Shown here: piece by piece, positions 10,364 to 20,162 of the stretch
Layout of the letters: each line of letters opens with the position of its first letter
How positions within the stretch are numbered: the stretch's first letter is position 1
Assembly (NCBI GenBank): GCA_963834375.1
Contig: CAWIBM010000005.1
Coordinates: forward strand, 388,903-452,902
Length of the DNA: 64,000 nt
DNA from: an uncultured Acidimicrobiia bacterium
GTDB lineage: Bacteria; Actinomycetota; Acidimicrobiia; Spongiisociales; UBA5794
Direction: 5' to 3'
Translations under genes and position numbers: made by a program
Notes under the pieces: generated by a model
What the model was told of the DNA's origin: nothing
Seen by the model: only the letters and a program-made list of their open reading frames with translations
The model's database searches: none

Positions 10364-11035
10364 ATGAGGCGGATGAGGCAGTGTGCTCGTCGGGGTGCTC
10401 GCCCTGGCGATGCTGGTGATGGGCCCGGCGTGGGCCAAGGGGCCGACGGCGGCGACCATCGCCGGGCCCGGGCATCGACGGAGCCGATCGTGATCGAAGG
10501 CGACGGGGAGCCGGGCACGGGGACCGACTTCGCCGCCTTCGTCGAGGCCGCCGGCTTCTGGCAGGTGGTGATGGGGGTCGAGGGGTCCGCCATGTCGTCC
10601 AGCGGTGAGGCCATCGCCTCGCCGCCGGAGCGACTCGGCGCGCGGTACACGGTCACCTGGCACATGGGCGACGAGCGGGTGACCACGGATCTGTATCCCA
10701 ACGCCGCCGGAGGTCCCGTGGTGCACATGGCCGCCCAGCGGCTCGAGTTCATGGACCACCAGGCCCGGAGCGGTGGGTGACCGCCGACGACGGCCCTGCT
10801 CACGATGCTCGACTGCTACGGCGTCCCCTTAGCCGCCCGGTGACCGGCTCCGGGGACGCCGGTCGACGCCGCCGAGCCCGTGGCTGACCCCTCCGGGCCG
10901 AACCGGCCCCTGCCGATGCCGTGGGCGATCTGGCTCGCCGTCGGGCTGGCGGCGGTCGACGCGGGGCGCTGGCGCTCGGACGGCGTCGGGCCGGTGCCGC
11001 CTGAACCCGGGCACTCCGATGACACCGACCCCTGA
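10364..11035 (+). CDS. Hypothetical exported protein with a C-terminal membrane anchor, frame-disrupted
   Basis: MRRMR then VLVGVLALAMLVMGPAWAKGPTAATIAGPG (signal peptide). Core: IVIEGDGEPGTGTDFAAFVEAAGFWQVVMG...ARYTVTWHMGDERVTTDLYPNAAGGPVVHMAAQRLEFMDHQ. Tail: ...PLPMPWAIWLAVGLAAVDAGRWR...DTDP* ending at 11035. Confidence 0.5.
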
Positions 11036-11585
11036 CGAGGTCGAGTTGGTGGCCCGCGCCCGCGCCGGCGACCAGCGGCGCCTATGCCGGGCTGGTGGCG
11101 GCCCATCAGCAGATCGCCTTCCGCGTCGCCTACCTGGTCACCGGATCGGCGCCGAGGCGGAGGACGCCGCCCAGGAGGGCTTCGTGAAGGCGTACCGGTC
11201 ACTCCACCGCTTCGACCCGGGGCGACCCTTCCGGCCGTGGCTGCTCACCATCGTCGCCAACGAGGCCCGCAACCGGCGCCGCTCCGCCGGGCGCAGGCTG
11301 GCATACGAGGCTCGGGCCGTCCGGCTCGCACCGTCGAGCACGCCGGACCGCCACCCCCGAGCAGGAGGCCGAGGCGGCCGAGACGAGACGAGCCCTGCTC
11401 GGCGGCGGTGAACCGGCTCCCCGAGACCGAGCGACTGGTGGTCGGGTTGCGCTACTTCCTCGAGCTGTCGGAGGCGGAGACGGCGGCGGCGGCCGGGATG
11501 CCCGAAGGGGACGGTGAAGTCGCGCATGTGGCGGGCGATGGAGCGGCTGCGCGGCGACCTGGAGGCCGGCGGAAGGCGGCCATGA
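11019..11585 (+). CDS. ECF-type RNA polymerase sigma-70 family factor, frame-disrupted
   Basis: Region 2: AEDAAQEGFVKAYRSLHRFDPGRPFRPWLLTIVANEARNRRR. Region 4: LPETERLVVGLRYFLELSEAETAAAAGMPEG + TVKSRMWRAMERLR. Segments lie in different frames; the stop overlaps the next start (ATGA at 11582-11585). Confidence 0.85.
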
Positions 11586-12329
11586 CGCCACCGACCGCCT
11601 CGCCGCCCTGCTCGACGACCTCGCCCCGACATCGTGTATCCCGGCCACGCCCGCCGCTGGTGGAAGCGGTAGCCGACCGGATCGCCGGCGGCGAGCCAGT
11701 CCGGCTGCACCGGCGCCTCGGTGGCAGGGTGGCGGCGGTGGCCGCGGTCGCCCCGTGGTGCTCACCGCCGGCGTGCCCGCGGCCCGTCGGGCGGTGGCCG
11801 ACCTGCTCGGCATCGGGCCGGTGCGGCATCAGCCAGGTGGCCGACCTGTCCCCGGCGGCCACCGTGCGCCCGCTGGGCCAGCTGACCACGATGGACGCCG
11901 CCGCCGACGGCGTCGCCTTCGACCTGGTCGTGACCGTCGAAGGTGTCGAGCCCGATGCCGTGTTCCTCGACGCCACGGTGCGGGTGGCATGGTCACCCTC
12001 GCCTACGGGTCCCCCACCGACGGGCTGGCATGCTCCTGGTCACCCAGCTCGACGGGACGATCGACGAGGCGCTCGCCGTCAAGGAGGTCGGGCCGGGGAC
12101 CACCATCGAGCCGGTGACCGTCGCCGGCGCCATCGGCGTGTGGATCTCCGGTGCGCCGCACACCTGGTGCTCTCGACGCCGACGGCGATGCTCGGTCGGA
12201 CGACGCGCCCGGCTGGCGGGCAACACCCTGCTCACCACCCGGCACGGGGTGCCGGTACGGATCGAGGCCGACGCCCCGCTGGCCGAGGCGGTGAGGATCG
12301 CCGAGCGGTTGGTGCCGGTCCAGCCCTGA
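11582..12329 (+). CDS. Putative anti-sigma factor / membrane protein coupled to the ECF sigma, frame-disrupted
   Basis: ATGA-coupled to the sigma gene. DRLAALLDDLAPDIVYPATP..., a hydrophobic stretch VAAVAAVA-VVLTAGVPAA, then VTVEGVEPDAVFLDATVRV...LLVTQLDGTIDEALAVKEVGPGTTIEPVTVAGAIGVWISGAPHT...LLTTRHGVPVRIEADAPLAEAVRIAERLVPVQP*. The call rests on context only. Confidence 0.5.
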
Positions 12330-12335
12330 CAGCGC

Positions 12336-13109
12336 TCAGCCGGGTACCAGCACCGGCTCGGGGAGGGTCGACACCACCGACCCCTGCTCGGTGAGCAGCA
12401 CGGTGTGCTCGAAGTGGGCCGACCGGGAGCCGTCGGCGGTGACCACGGTCCAACCGTCGTCGAGGGTCACCGTCTCCTCGGTGCCCAGGTTGAACATCGG
12501 CTCGATGGCCAGGGCCATGCCGGTCTTGAGCCGATGCCCTCGCCCCGGTGACCGAAATTGTGGACATCGGGCGCCTCGTGCATCGCCCTCCCGATGCCGT
12601 GGCCGACGTACTCGCGTACCACGCCGTAACCGTGCGGCCGAGCGGTCTCCTCAACGGCGTGGCCGATGTCACCGAGCCGGTTGCCGGCGACCGCCTTGGC
12701 GATGCCGTTCCACAGCGCCTGCTCGGTGACCTCGAGCAGGGTGGCCACCTCGGGGGGACGTGCCGATGGCCATGGTGAATGCGGCGTCACCGTGCCACCC
12801 CTCGTAGATGGCCCCGGCGTCGATCGACAGGATGTCGCCGTCCCGAAGTCGGTGTCCCCCGGGATGCCGTGCACGACGGCGGAGTTCGGGGAGGCGCAGA
12901 TGCTGGCCGGGTACCCGTGGTAGCCGAGGAACGAGGGACGGCATCCGTGGTCGCGGATCACCGAGGCGGCGATGGCGTCGAGGTCGGCGGTGGAGACCCC
13001 GGGCACCGCGGCGTCGCGGACGGCGGAGTGCGCGGCAGCGACACACCGACCGGCGACGACCATCTTCTCGAAGTCGGCCGCCGTCTTCCGGGTCGATCAC
13101 CTTGCTCAT
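12336..13109 (-). CDS. map: Type I methionine aminopeptidase, frame-disrupted
   Basis: MSKVIDP..., [107 protein letters not shown] and [11 protein letters not shown]...[24 protein letters not shown], in several minus frames. Confidence 0.9.
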
Positions 13110-13148
13110 CGTCGTGACGTTCCGTCGTGCGGACCGTGGCGGTGCCGG

Positions 13149-13728
13149 TCAGCGCTCGACGGCGAGCTGCGGTGACGATACGGGCGAACACGTCGTCGAC
13201 GGTGCCGACGCCGTCGATGGCGGCCACCGGCACCCCGGACGCCGGGTAGTAGCCCGACCAGCGGCGCCGTCTCCTACGTGGTAGACCCGGAGCCGGCGGC
13301 GGATCGTCTCCTCGTTGTCGTCGCTCCGCCCCAGCTCGGCGGCGCGACCCAGCAGCCGGGCGACCAGCTCGTCCTCGCCGACCTCGAGCAGCACCACCAG
13401 CTCGATCGCGCCGTCGCCGACGGCGGCGGTGAGCGCCTCCGCCTGTGCCGACGTTGCGGGGGAAGCCGTCGAGCAGGTAGCCGCAGGCGGCGTCGGGATC
13501 GGCGAGCCGCTCGGCGACCATCGCCACCACCAGCTCGTCGGGGACCAGGTCGCCGGCTGCCATGATCGCCTCGGCGCGGCGGCCCAGCTCGGTGCCGTCG
13601 GAGACGGCCCGGCGCAGCATGTCGCCGGTGGACAGGTGGGGGATGCCGACCGCCCGGGCCAGCATCGCCGCCTGGGTGCCCTTGCCGGCGCCGGGCGGGC
13701 CGAGGAAGAGCAGCCGCCTGCCCATCAT
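13149..13728 (-). CDS. adk: Adenylate kinase, frame-disrupted
   Basis: [75 protein letters not shown]...[10 protein letters not shown], then [36 protein letters not shown] and [17 protein letters not shown] in other frames. Confidence 0.9.
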
Positions 13729-13761
13729 CGGCCCATCGTCGGGACGGCTCGGCGGGCGTCA

Positions 13762-15069
13762 TCAGCGCAGGAAGCCCTCGTAGTTGCGCATCATCAGCTG
13801 GCTCTCGATCTGCTTCATCGTCTCCAGCGCCACCCCGGCGACGATCAGGACCGAGACCCCGGAAAGGCCCACCGGGATGTTCCACAGCCAGCCGAGGAAC
13901 GACGGGGCGATGGCCACCACGGCCAGGTACAGCGACCCGGGGAGGGTGATCCGGCTCAGCACGTGCTGGAGGTAGCTGACCGTCTGCCGCCCCGGGCGGA
14001 TGCCGGGGATGAACCCGCCCTGGCGCTGGATGGTGTCCGCCTGGCGCTCCGGGTCGAACTGGATGGCGGTGTAGAAGTAGGTGAAGAACACCACCAGCGC
14101 GCCCAGCAGGAACATGTAGGGCAGGGTCGGCGACAGCCCGCCGGCGCTCGCCGAGGTGAGGTTGGAGTCGATCCAGTCCCGCACCGACTGCCCCCAACCG
14201 GTGGCGGGGAGCATCGAGGCGATCAGCACCGGGAAGTACATGATCGAGGTGGCGAAGATCACCGGGATGACCCCGGCCATGTTGACCTTGAGCGGGATGT
14301 AGGTGCTCTGCCCGCCCATCATCCGGCGGCCCCTGATCCGGCGGGAGAACTGGATGGGGATCCGCCGCTGGCCCTGGTCGATGAAGATGATCCCGATGGT
14401 GAACGCCAGCATGAGCAGCAGCACGGCGATGTACTGGCCGATGTTCGAGTTGACCCGCAGGATCTCGAGCTGCGAGGGGAGCTGGCTGACGATGCTGACG
14501 AAGATGATCAACGACATCCCGTTGCCGATGCCCCGCTGGGTGATGAGCTCGCCGAGCCACATGATGAGCGCGGTGCCGGCGGTCATCGTGATGATGATGG
14601 TGAGCACGTTGCGCACCGTGAAGTCCGGGATCAGGTCGATGCCCCCGGTGAACTGCCCGGAGTGGAACAGGAAGGTGAACGAGGTCGACTGGATCAGCGC
14701 CAGCACGACGGTCACGTAGCGCGTCCACTGGGTGATCACCTTGCGCCCGGCGTCGCCCTCCTCTTGGAGCGCCTGGAGGCGGGGGATCACCACGCCGAGC
14801 AGCTGCATGATGATCGACGCCGTGATGTACGGCATGATCCCGAGGGCGAACACCGACAAGGTCTCCAGCGCCCCGCCGGAGAAGAGGTTGATCAGCCCGA
14901 CGAACCCGCTGGTCGCCGACTGCTCGGCGAACTGCTGGACCGCCTCGAGGTTGACGCCCGGGGTCGGGATGGCGGTGCCCAGCCGGTAGACGGCGAAGAT
15001 GAACAGCGTGAACAGGATCTTGTTCCGGAGGTCCGGGATCCTGAACATGTTGCGGAAGACGGACAGCAT
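13762..15069 (-). CDS. secY: Preprotein translocase subunit SecY (intact, 435 aa)
   Basis: From CAT 15067-15069: MLSVFRNMFRIPDLRNKILFTLFIFAVYRLGTAIPTPGVNLEAVQQFAEQ...GIMPYITASIIMQLL... The ORF-track N-terminal extension (to 15264) is spurious. Confidence 0.95.
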   Translation of the reverse strand: MLSVFRNMFRIPDLRNKILFTLFIFAVYRLGTAIPTPGVNLEAVQQFAEQSATSGFVGLINLFSGGALETLSVFALGIMPYITASIIMQLLGVVIPRLQALQEEGDAGRKVITQWTRYVTVVLALIQSTSFTFLFHSGQFTGGIDLIPDFTVRNVLTIIITMTAGTALIMWLGELITQRGIGNGMSLIIFVSIVSQLPSQLEILRVNSNIGQYIAVLLLMLAFTIGIIFIDQGQRRIPIQFSRRIRGRRMMGGQSTYIPLKVNMAGVIPVIFATSIMYFPVLIASMLPATGWGQSVRDWIDSNLTSASAGGLSPTLPYMFLLGALVVFFTYFYTAIQFDPERQADTIQRQGGFIPGIRPGRQTVSYLQHVLSRITLPGSLYLAVVAIAPSFLGWLWNIPVGLSGVSVLIVAGVALETMKQIESQLMMRNYEGFLR

Positions 15070-15151
15070 GACTGCGGGAGGCCTCTTCTGGGAGTGTGAC
15101 GAGGTTAGTGGTCGGGTGTGGGGCGACCGGAGGGCCGGTCGGCGGTGCCGG

Positions 15152-15615
15152 CTACTCGGCCGGCGCCGCGGCAGCGGCGTCGATGACCTCGGCGGTGCCA
15201 CCCGCCGCCTTGATCTTCTCGACGGCGCCCAGGCTGAAGGCATGGGCGCGCACGGTGAGGGCACGGTCGATGTCGCCCTCGCCGAGCACCTTGACCCGAC
15301 CGCGGTGCTTGACCAGCCCGGCGTCGCGCAGCACCTCGGGGGTGACCTCGGTGCCGGCGTCGAACTGGGCCAGCCGCCCGACGTTGATCAGGGCGAAGTA
15401 CTCCTTGTTGCGGTTCTTGAAGCCCTTGAGCTTGGGCAGCCGCCGCTGCAAGCGGCATCTGCCCGCCCTCGAACCCGGGCCGGACCTGGCCCCGCGCCTT
15501 CTGGCCCTTGGTGCCGCGGCCGGCGGTCTTGCCCGCGCCGCCCGCTCTCGCCGCGGCCGACCCGGATCTTCTTCGTCTTCGAGCCGGCAGCCGGCTTCAG
15601 GTGGTGCAGCTTCAT
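15152..15615 (-). CDS. rplO: 50S ribosomal protein L15, frame-disrupted
   Basis: [24 protein letters not shown] (CAT 15613-15615), then ...[59 protein letters not shown]... (ORF 15152-15451). Confidence 0.9.
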
Positions 15616-15622
15616 CTCTTCT

Positions 15623-15817
15623 CTATCGTCGCTCGGTGCGGTCCCCGACTCCTCGACCTCGAGCAGATGCCTGGCCCGGAACACCATCCCGCGGACGTCC
15701 GGCGAGTCGGGGCGCTCCACCGTCTGGTGGAGCTTGCGGAGCCCCAGGCTCTCCACGGTGGCCCGGGTCTTCGGCTTCTCGCCGATCGTGCTCTTGCGCA
15801 AGCGTGATCTTCAGCAT
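15623..15817 (-). CDS. rpmD: 50S ribosomal protein L30, frame-disrupted
   Basis: MLKITL then [50 protein letters not shown] in the neighbouring frame. Start overlaps the rpsE stop (ATGCTGA). The 3' end is approximate. Confidence 0.85.
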   Translation of the reverse strand: MLKITLAQEHDRREAEDPGHRGEPGAPQAPPDGGAPRLAGRPRDGVPGQASARGRGVGDRTERR

Positions 15818-16423
15818 GCTCGGCCACGGCTATTCACCCACCTTGCCACCCGCCCGCCCCCGGCCTGGGTCTTCATCAGCTCGGCCGAGCGGTAGGCGGC
15901 GAGCAGCGCCGGCGGGAAGATCTCCTCGGCGCGCTTGCCACGGGCACGAGCCACGTCCTCGGGGCGGCGCTGCCGGGCGATGGCGTCCATGGTGGCCTGG
16001 GCGACGTTGATGTGGGTGGGCGAGCCAAGCGACTTGGCCAGGACGTCACGGATGCCGGCAGCCTCGAGGATCTGGCGCACCGCACCGCCGGCGATGACCC
16101 CGGTACCGGGCGAGGCCGGCTTGAGCATGACCCGGGAGGCGCCGTGCACCCCGATGACCTCGTGGATGATCGTGGTGCCCGCCATCGGGCACGTCGACCA
16201 TGCCGCGCTTGGCGATCTCGATCGCCTTCTGGATGGCGGTCGGCACCTCCTTGGCCTTGCCGTAGCCGACGCCCACCTTGCCGGAGCCGTTGCCCACGGT
16301 GACCAGCGCGGTGAACGAGAACCGCCGCCCGCCCTTGACCACCTTGGCCACGCGGTTGATGGCGATCACCCGCTCCTCGAACTCGCTGTCGCGGGTTCGG
16401 CTGTCCGATCTCCTGCTGGTCAC
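15811..16423 (-). CDS. rpsE: 30S ribosomal protein S5, one frame switch near 16190
   Basis: [65 protein letters not shown] joins [54 protein letters not shown]... Confidence 0.92.
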
Positions 16424-16442
16424 TACTTGCTCCTCACGTCTC

Positions 16443-16802
16443 TCAGAACTCGAGCCCGGCCTCGGCGGGCGCCGTCGGCGAGCGCCTTGACCCTCCCGTG
16501 GAAGGCGAAGCCGCCCCGGTCGAACACCACGGCTTCGACCCCGGCGGCGGCGGCCCGGGTTGCGATGAGCTTGCCCACCGCTTCGGCGGTCTCCAGGGAG
16601 AGGGCGCGCCCGGCGAGGTCCTTCGGTCGTGCGACGAGGCGCTGGCCAGGGTCGACCCCGCCGTCGTCGTCGATGACCTGGGCGTAGATGTACCTGTTGC
16701 TGCGGAACACGGCGAGGCGGGGCCGGGTCGCCGTCCCCCGGACCGTCTTGCGGACCCGGTATGGCGCCGCCGCCGGGCGTCGGTGCGTGATCCCCGCATC
16801 AT
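16443..16802 (-). CDS. rplR: 50S ribosomal protein L18, frame-disrupted (3-4 switches)
   Basis: [15 protein letters not shown] / [34 protein letters not shown] / TLASASS / [53 protein letters not shown] / EAGLEF*. Confidence 0.9.
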   Translation of the reverse strand: MMRGSRTDARRRRHTGSARRSGGRRPGPASPCSAATGTSTPRSSTTTAGSTLASASSHDRRTSPGAPSPWRPPKRWASSSQPGPPPPGSKPWCSTGAASPSTGGSRRSPTAPAEAGLEF

Positions 16803-17338
16803 CCACCCGCCTTGCCGGCCTTGCGGCGGACCTGCTCGTCGACGTAGCGGATGCCCTTGCCCTTGTATGGCTCGGGCGGCCGGACCCGCCGGATGTCGGC
16901 CGCCGTCTGCCCGACCAGCTCCTTGTCGATGCCGGTGACGATGATCCGGGTCGGCTCAGGGCACCTCGAAGTCGATCCCATCGGGCGCCTCGACGACGAC
17001 CGGATGGGAGAAACCCACCTGGAGCTCGAGCCTGCGGCCCTGCAGATTGGCGCGGTAGCCGACCCCGACCGCCTGCAGCTCCTTGCGGTAGCCGTCGGAC
17101 ACTCCGGTGACCATGTTGGCGAGCAGCGCCCGGTACAGCCCGTGGAGCGACCGGACGTCGCGCTCGTCGCTGTGCCGCTGCAGCGTGACCACACCGTCTT
17201 CGACCGGTCACCGAGATGCGCTCGTCGACCCAGCGGTCGAGCGAGCCCCTCGGGTCCCTTGACCGACACGGTGCGGCCGTCGACGGCGACGTCGACGCCG
17301 GAGGGCACCGGGATCGGGCTGTTGCCGATGCGGCTCAT
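16799..17338 (-). CDS. rplF: 50S ribosomal protein L6, frame-disrupted
   Basis: [29 protein letters not shown]..., [77 protein letters not shown], then [52 protein letters not shown]. Confidence 0.92.
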   Translation of the reverse strand: MSRIGNSPIPVPSGVDVAVDGRTVSVKGPEGLARPLGRRAHLGDRSKTVWSRCSGTATSATSGRSTGCTGRCSPTWSPECPTATARSCRRSGSATAPICRAAGSSSRWVSPIRSSSRRPMGSTSRCPEPTRIIVTGIDKELVGQTAADIRRVRPPEPYKGKGIRYVDEQVRRKAGKAGG

Positions 17339-17735
17339 CACCACACCTCGCACACGACTTCGCCGCCGACGTTGCGGCGACGGGCCTCACGGTCGGTGAG
17401 CAGGCCCTGTGATGTCGACACGATGGCGACGCCGAGACCACCCTGGACCCTGATCGATGGAAGTCGCCGGCTTGTAGACGCGGTGGCCGGGCGACGAGAC
17501 CCGCTTGAGCCCCTTGAGGACCCTCACCCGGTCGTCGCCGTAGCGGAGCCGGATGGTCGAGCGATCGACCAACGCCGGCGTCCTCGATCTTGAAGCTGTC
17601 GACATAGCCCTCGGCGGCGAGGATCTCGGCGATGCCCTCCTTCATCTTGGAGGCGGGCATCGAGACCTCGGGGTGCAACGCCAGGTTGGCGTTGCGGATC
17701 CGGGTGAGCATGTCGGCGATCGGATCGGTATACAT
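17338..17735 (-). CDS. rpsH: 30S ribosomal protein S8, frame-disrupted
   Basis: [59 protein letters not shown] / [34 protein letters not shown] / ...[39 protein letters not shown] junctions on both sides. Confidence 0.92.
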
Positions 17736-18040
17736 CACCAAGAAGCCTTCCTGACGCCCGGGAGCTCGCCGTTGTGGGCGAGGTCGCGCAGCGCCCCACG
17801 GGACATGCCGAACTTGCGGAAGTAGCCGCGGGGACGCCCGCTCACCCCGCACCGGTTGCGGTGGCGGGTGGCGCTTGCGTCGCGGGGCATCTTGGCCAGC
17901 GCCTGGTACGCCTCGCGCTTCTCCTCGTACGACCGCTCCGGATCCTTGATCACCAGGACCAGGGCGCCGCGCCGCTCGGCGTAGCGCTCGACCAGCATCT
18001 TGCGCCGGTTGTTCTTGTTGATCATCGACTTCTTGGCCAT
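17735..18040 (-). CDS. rpsN: 30S ribosomal protein S14 (long, 101-aa form; intact)
   Basis: [101 protein letters not shown]. Confidence 0.95.
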   Translation of the reverse strand: MAKKSMINKNNRRKMLVERYAERRGALVLVIKDPERSYEEKREAYQALAKMPRDASATRHRNRCGVSGRPRGYFRKFGMSRGALRDLAHNGELPGVRKASW

Positions 18041-18041
18041 T

Positions 18042-18601
18042 TCACACACCTGCCTCTTGCCGCCGGAACGGGAACCCGAACCCCTCGAGAAAGGCCCGGC
18101 CCTGTTCGTCGGTCACCGCCGTGGTCACGAACGTGATGTCCATGCCCCGAACCTTGCCCACCTGGTCGTACTCGACCTCCGGGAAGATCAGCTGCTCGGT
18201 GACCCCGAAGCTGTAGTTGCCATGCCCGTCGAACCCGTTCGGGTTCAGACCGCGGAAGTCCCTGATCCGCGGGATGGCCAGCGGTCACCAACCGGTCGAA
18301 GAACTCCCACATCCGGTCACCCCGCAGCGTGACCGAGGCCCCGATCGGCATGCCCTCCCGCAGCTTGAAGTTGGCGATCGACTTGCGGGCCCGATTCACC
18401 CTGGGCTGCTGCCCCGTGATCACCCGCATGTCGGCGACGGCGGCATCGACCAGCTTGGCGTCGCCGACGGCGTCGCCCAGACCCATGTTGACCGACGATC
18501 TTCTGCAGCCGCGGGACCTGCATGACGTTGTCGAGCCCGAGCTCCTCCTTGAGCCGGTCCCGGATCTCGTCGTTGTAGCGCTGCTTGAACCGGGGGGTCA
18601 C
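18042..18601 (-). CDS. rplE: 50S ribosomal protein L5, two frame switches
   Basis: [36 protein letters not shown] / [68 protein letters not shown] / [54 protein letters not shown]... Confidence 0.93.
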
Positions 18602-18906
18602 AGGTCACCCCCGCACTTGCGGCACACCCGGCGCTTCTCGCCCGTAGTCGTCGATGGCGTACCCGATGCGGGTCGGGACCGCAGTCCGGGCACACGATCA
18701 TGACGTTGGAGGCGTCGATCGGCATGTCCTTGTCGATGATCCCGCCCTGCATGGTCTGGCCCTGTGGGCCTCTGGTGGCGCTTGGCGGTGGCGACCCCCT
18801 CGACGATGATCTTGTTGCGCTGCTTGATGACCCGGGCGATCCGGCTCTCGGTGCCCTTGTCCTTGCCGGCGATGACCCGCACGGTGTCTCCCACCTTGAG
18901 CTTCAT
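18598..18906 (-). CDS. rplX: 50S ribosomal protein L24, frame-disrupted
   Basis: [49 protein letters not shown] / [25 protein letters not shown] / [14 protein letters not shown]. Confidence 0.9.
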   Translation of the reverse strand: MKLKVGDTVRVIAGKDKGTESRIARVIKQRNKIIVEGVATAKRHQRPTGPDHAGRDHRQGHADRRLQRHDRVPGLRSRPASGTPSTTTGEKRRVCRKCGGDL

Positions 18907-19274
18907 CACAGCACCTCCGGTGCCAGCGACACGATCCGCATGAACTTCTTGTCGCGCAGCTCCCGGCCCACCGGGCCGAAGATGCGAGTGCCGCGGGGCT
19001 GCTGCTGGTCGTTGATGATCACGCAGGCGTTGTCGTCGAAGCGGATGTAGGTGCCGTCCTGGCGACGGCTCTCCTTGCGGGTCCGCACCACGACCGCCTT
19101 GACCACCTCGCCCTTCTTGACGGTGCCTCCCGGGGTGGCCTCCTTGACCGCCCCCACGATGACGTCGCCGAGATGGGCGTAGCGCCGGCGCGACCCACCG
19201 AGCACCCGGATGCACAGGACCTCCCGGGCACCGGTGTTGTCGGCGACGCGCAGTCGAGATTCGGTCTGGATCAT
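18906..19274 (-). CDS. rplN: 50S ribosomal protein L14 (intact)
   Basis: [122 protein letters not shown]. Confidence 0.95.
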   Translation of the reverse strand: MIQTESRLRVADNTGAREVLCIRVLGGSRRRYAHLGDVIVGAVKEATPGGTVKKGEVVKAVVVRTRKESRRQDGTYIRFDDNACVIINDQQQPRGTRIFGPVGRELRDKKFMRIVSLAPEVL

Positions 19275-19531
19275 CGGGCCCGCTCCACGACTTCCGCCAC
19301 CCGCCACCGCTTGCTCTTCGAGAGCGGGCGGGTCTCGACGATGCGCACCGTGTCGCCGAGATGGGCCTCGTTGGCCTCGTCATGGGCGTGGTAGCGCTTG
19401 CGCGTCGGCATCGTCTTCCCGTACTTGGGGTGCCGCTTCGAGGACTGCACCTCGACCGTCACCGTCTTGTCCCGGGCGTCGGAGACGACGACCCCGGTGC
19501 GCATCTTGCGGCGTCCACGTTCGTCGGTCAC
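19271..19531 (-). CDS. rpsQ: 30S ribosomal protein S17 (intact; GTG start inferred)
   Basis: (V)[89 protein letters not shown] overlap with the rpmC stop. Confidence 0.9.
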   Translation of the reverse strand: MTDERGRRKMRTGVVVSDARDKTVTVEVQSSKRHPKYGKTMPTRKRYHAHDEANEAHLGDTVRIVETRPLSKSKRWRVAEVVERAR

Positions 19532-19750
19532 GCCGAGCCCTCCTGCTGGTTGCGCCACTCCTCGATCTCCATCTCACGCATCACGGTCCTGATCCTGGCC
19601 ACCTCGTGGCGCACCTGACGCAGGCGGGCCGTGTTGTCGAGCTGGTTGGTCGCCACCTGGAAGCGCAGGTTGAACAGCTCCTCCTTGGCCTCGTCCAGCT
19701 TGACGGCCAGCTCGCGATAGGTCTGGTTCCGCAGTTCGAGTGGCCTTCAC
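19528..19750 (-). CDS. rpmC: 50S ribosomal protein L29, one frame switch right after the start
   Basis: GTG 19748-19750 gives MKAT, then [69 protein letters not shown] (my translation; not an intact ORF in the track). Confidence 0.88.
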
Positions 19751-20161
19751 AGCTCGTCCCTCACCACGAACTTGGTCTTCACCGGCAGCTTGTGGGCGGC
19801 GAGCCGCATGGCCTCACGGGCGAGCTCCTCGTCGACCCCGGCCATCTCGAACATGACCCGGCCCGGCTTGATCACCGCCACCCAGTACTCCGGGTTGCCC
19901 TTGCCCGAGCCCATCCGGGTCTCGGCCGGCTTCTCGGTGATCGGCTTGTCGGGGAAGATGTTGATCCAGACCTTGCCGCCGCGCTTGATGGCGCGGGTCA
20001 TGGCGATACGGGCGGCCTCGATCTGGCGGGCGGTGACCCAGCCCGGCTCCTGGGCCTGGAGCCCGTAGTCCCCGAACGAGACCCTGGTGCCCGCCCTTCG
20101 CCGCACCGGTCATCCGACCCTTGTGGGTCTTCCGGTACTTGGTGCGCTTCGGCATCAGCAC
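19747..20161 (-). CDS. rplP: 50S ribosomal protein L16, one frame switch near 20095
   Basis: (V)[23 protein letters not shown] joins [85 protein letters not shown]... Confidence 0.93.
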
Positions 20162-20162
20162 G

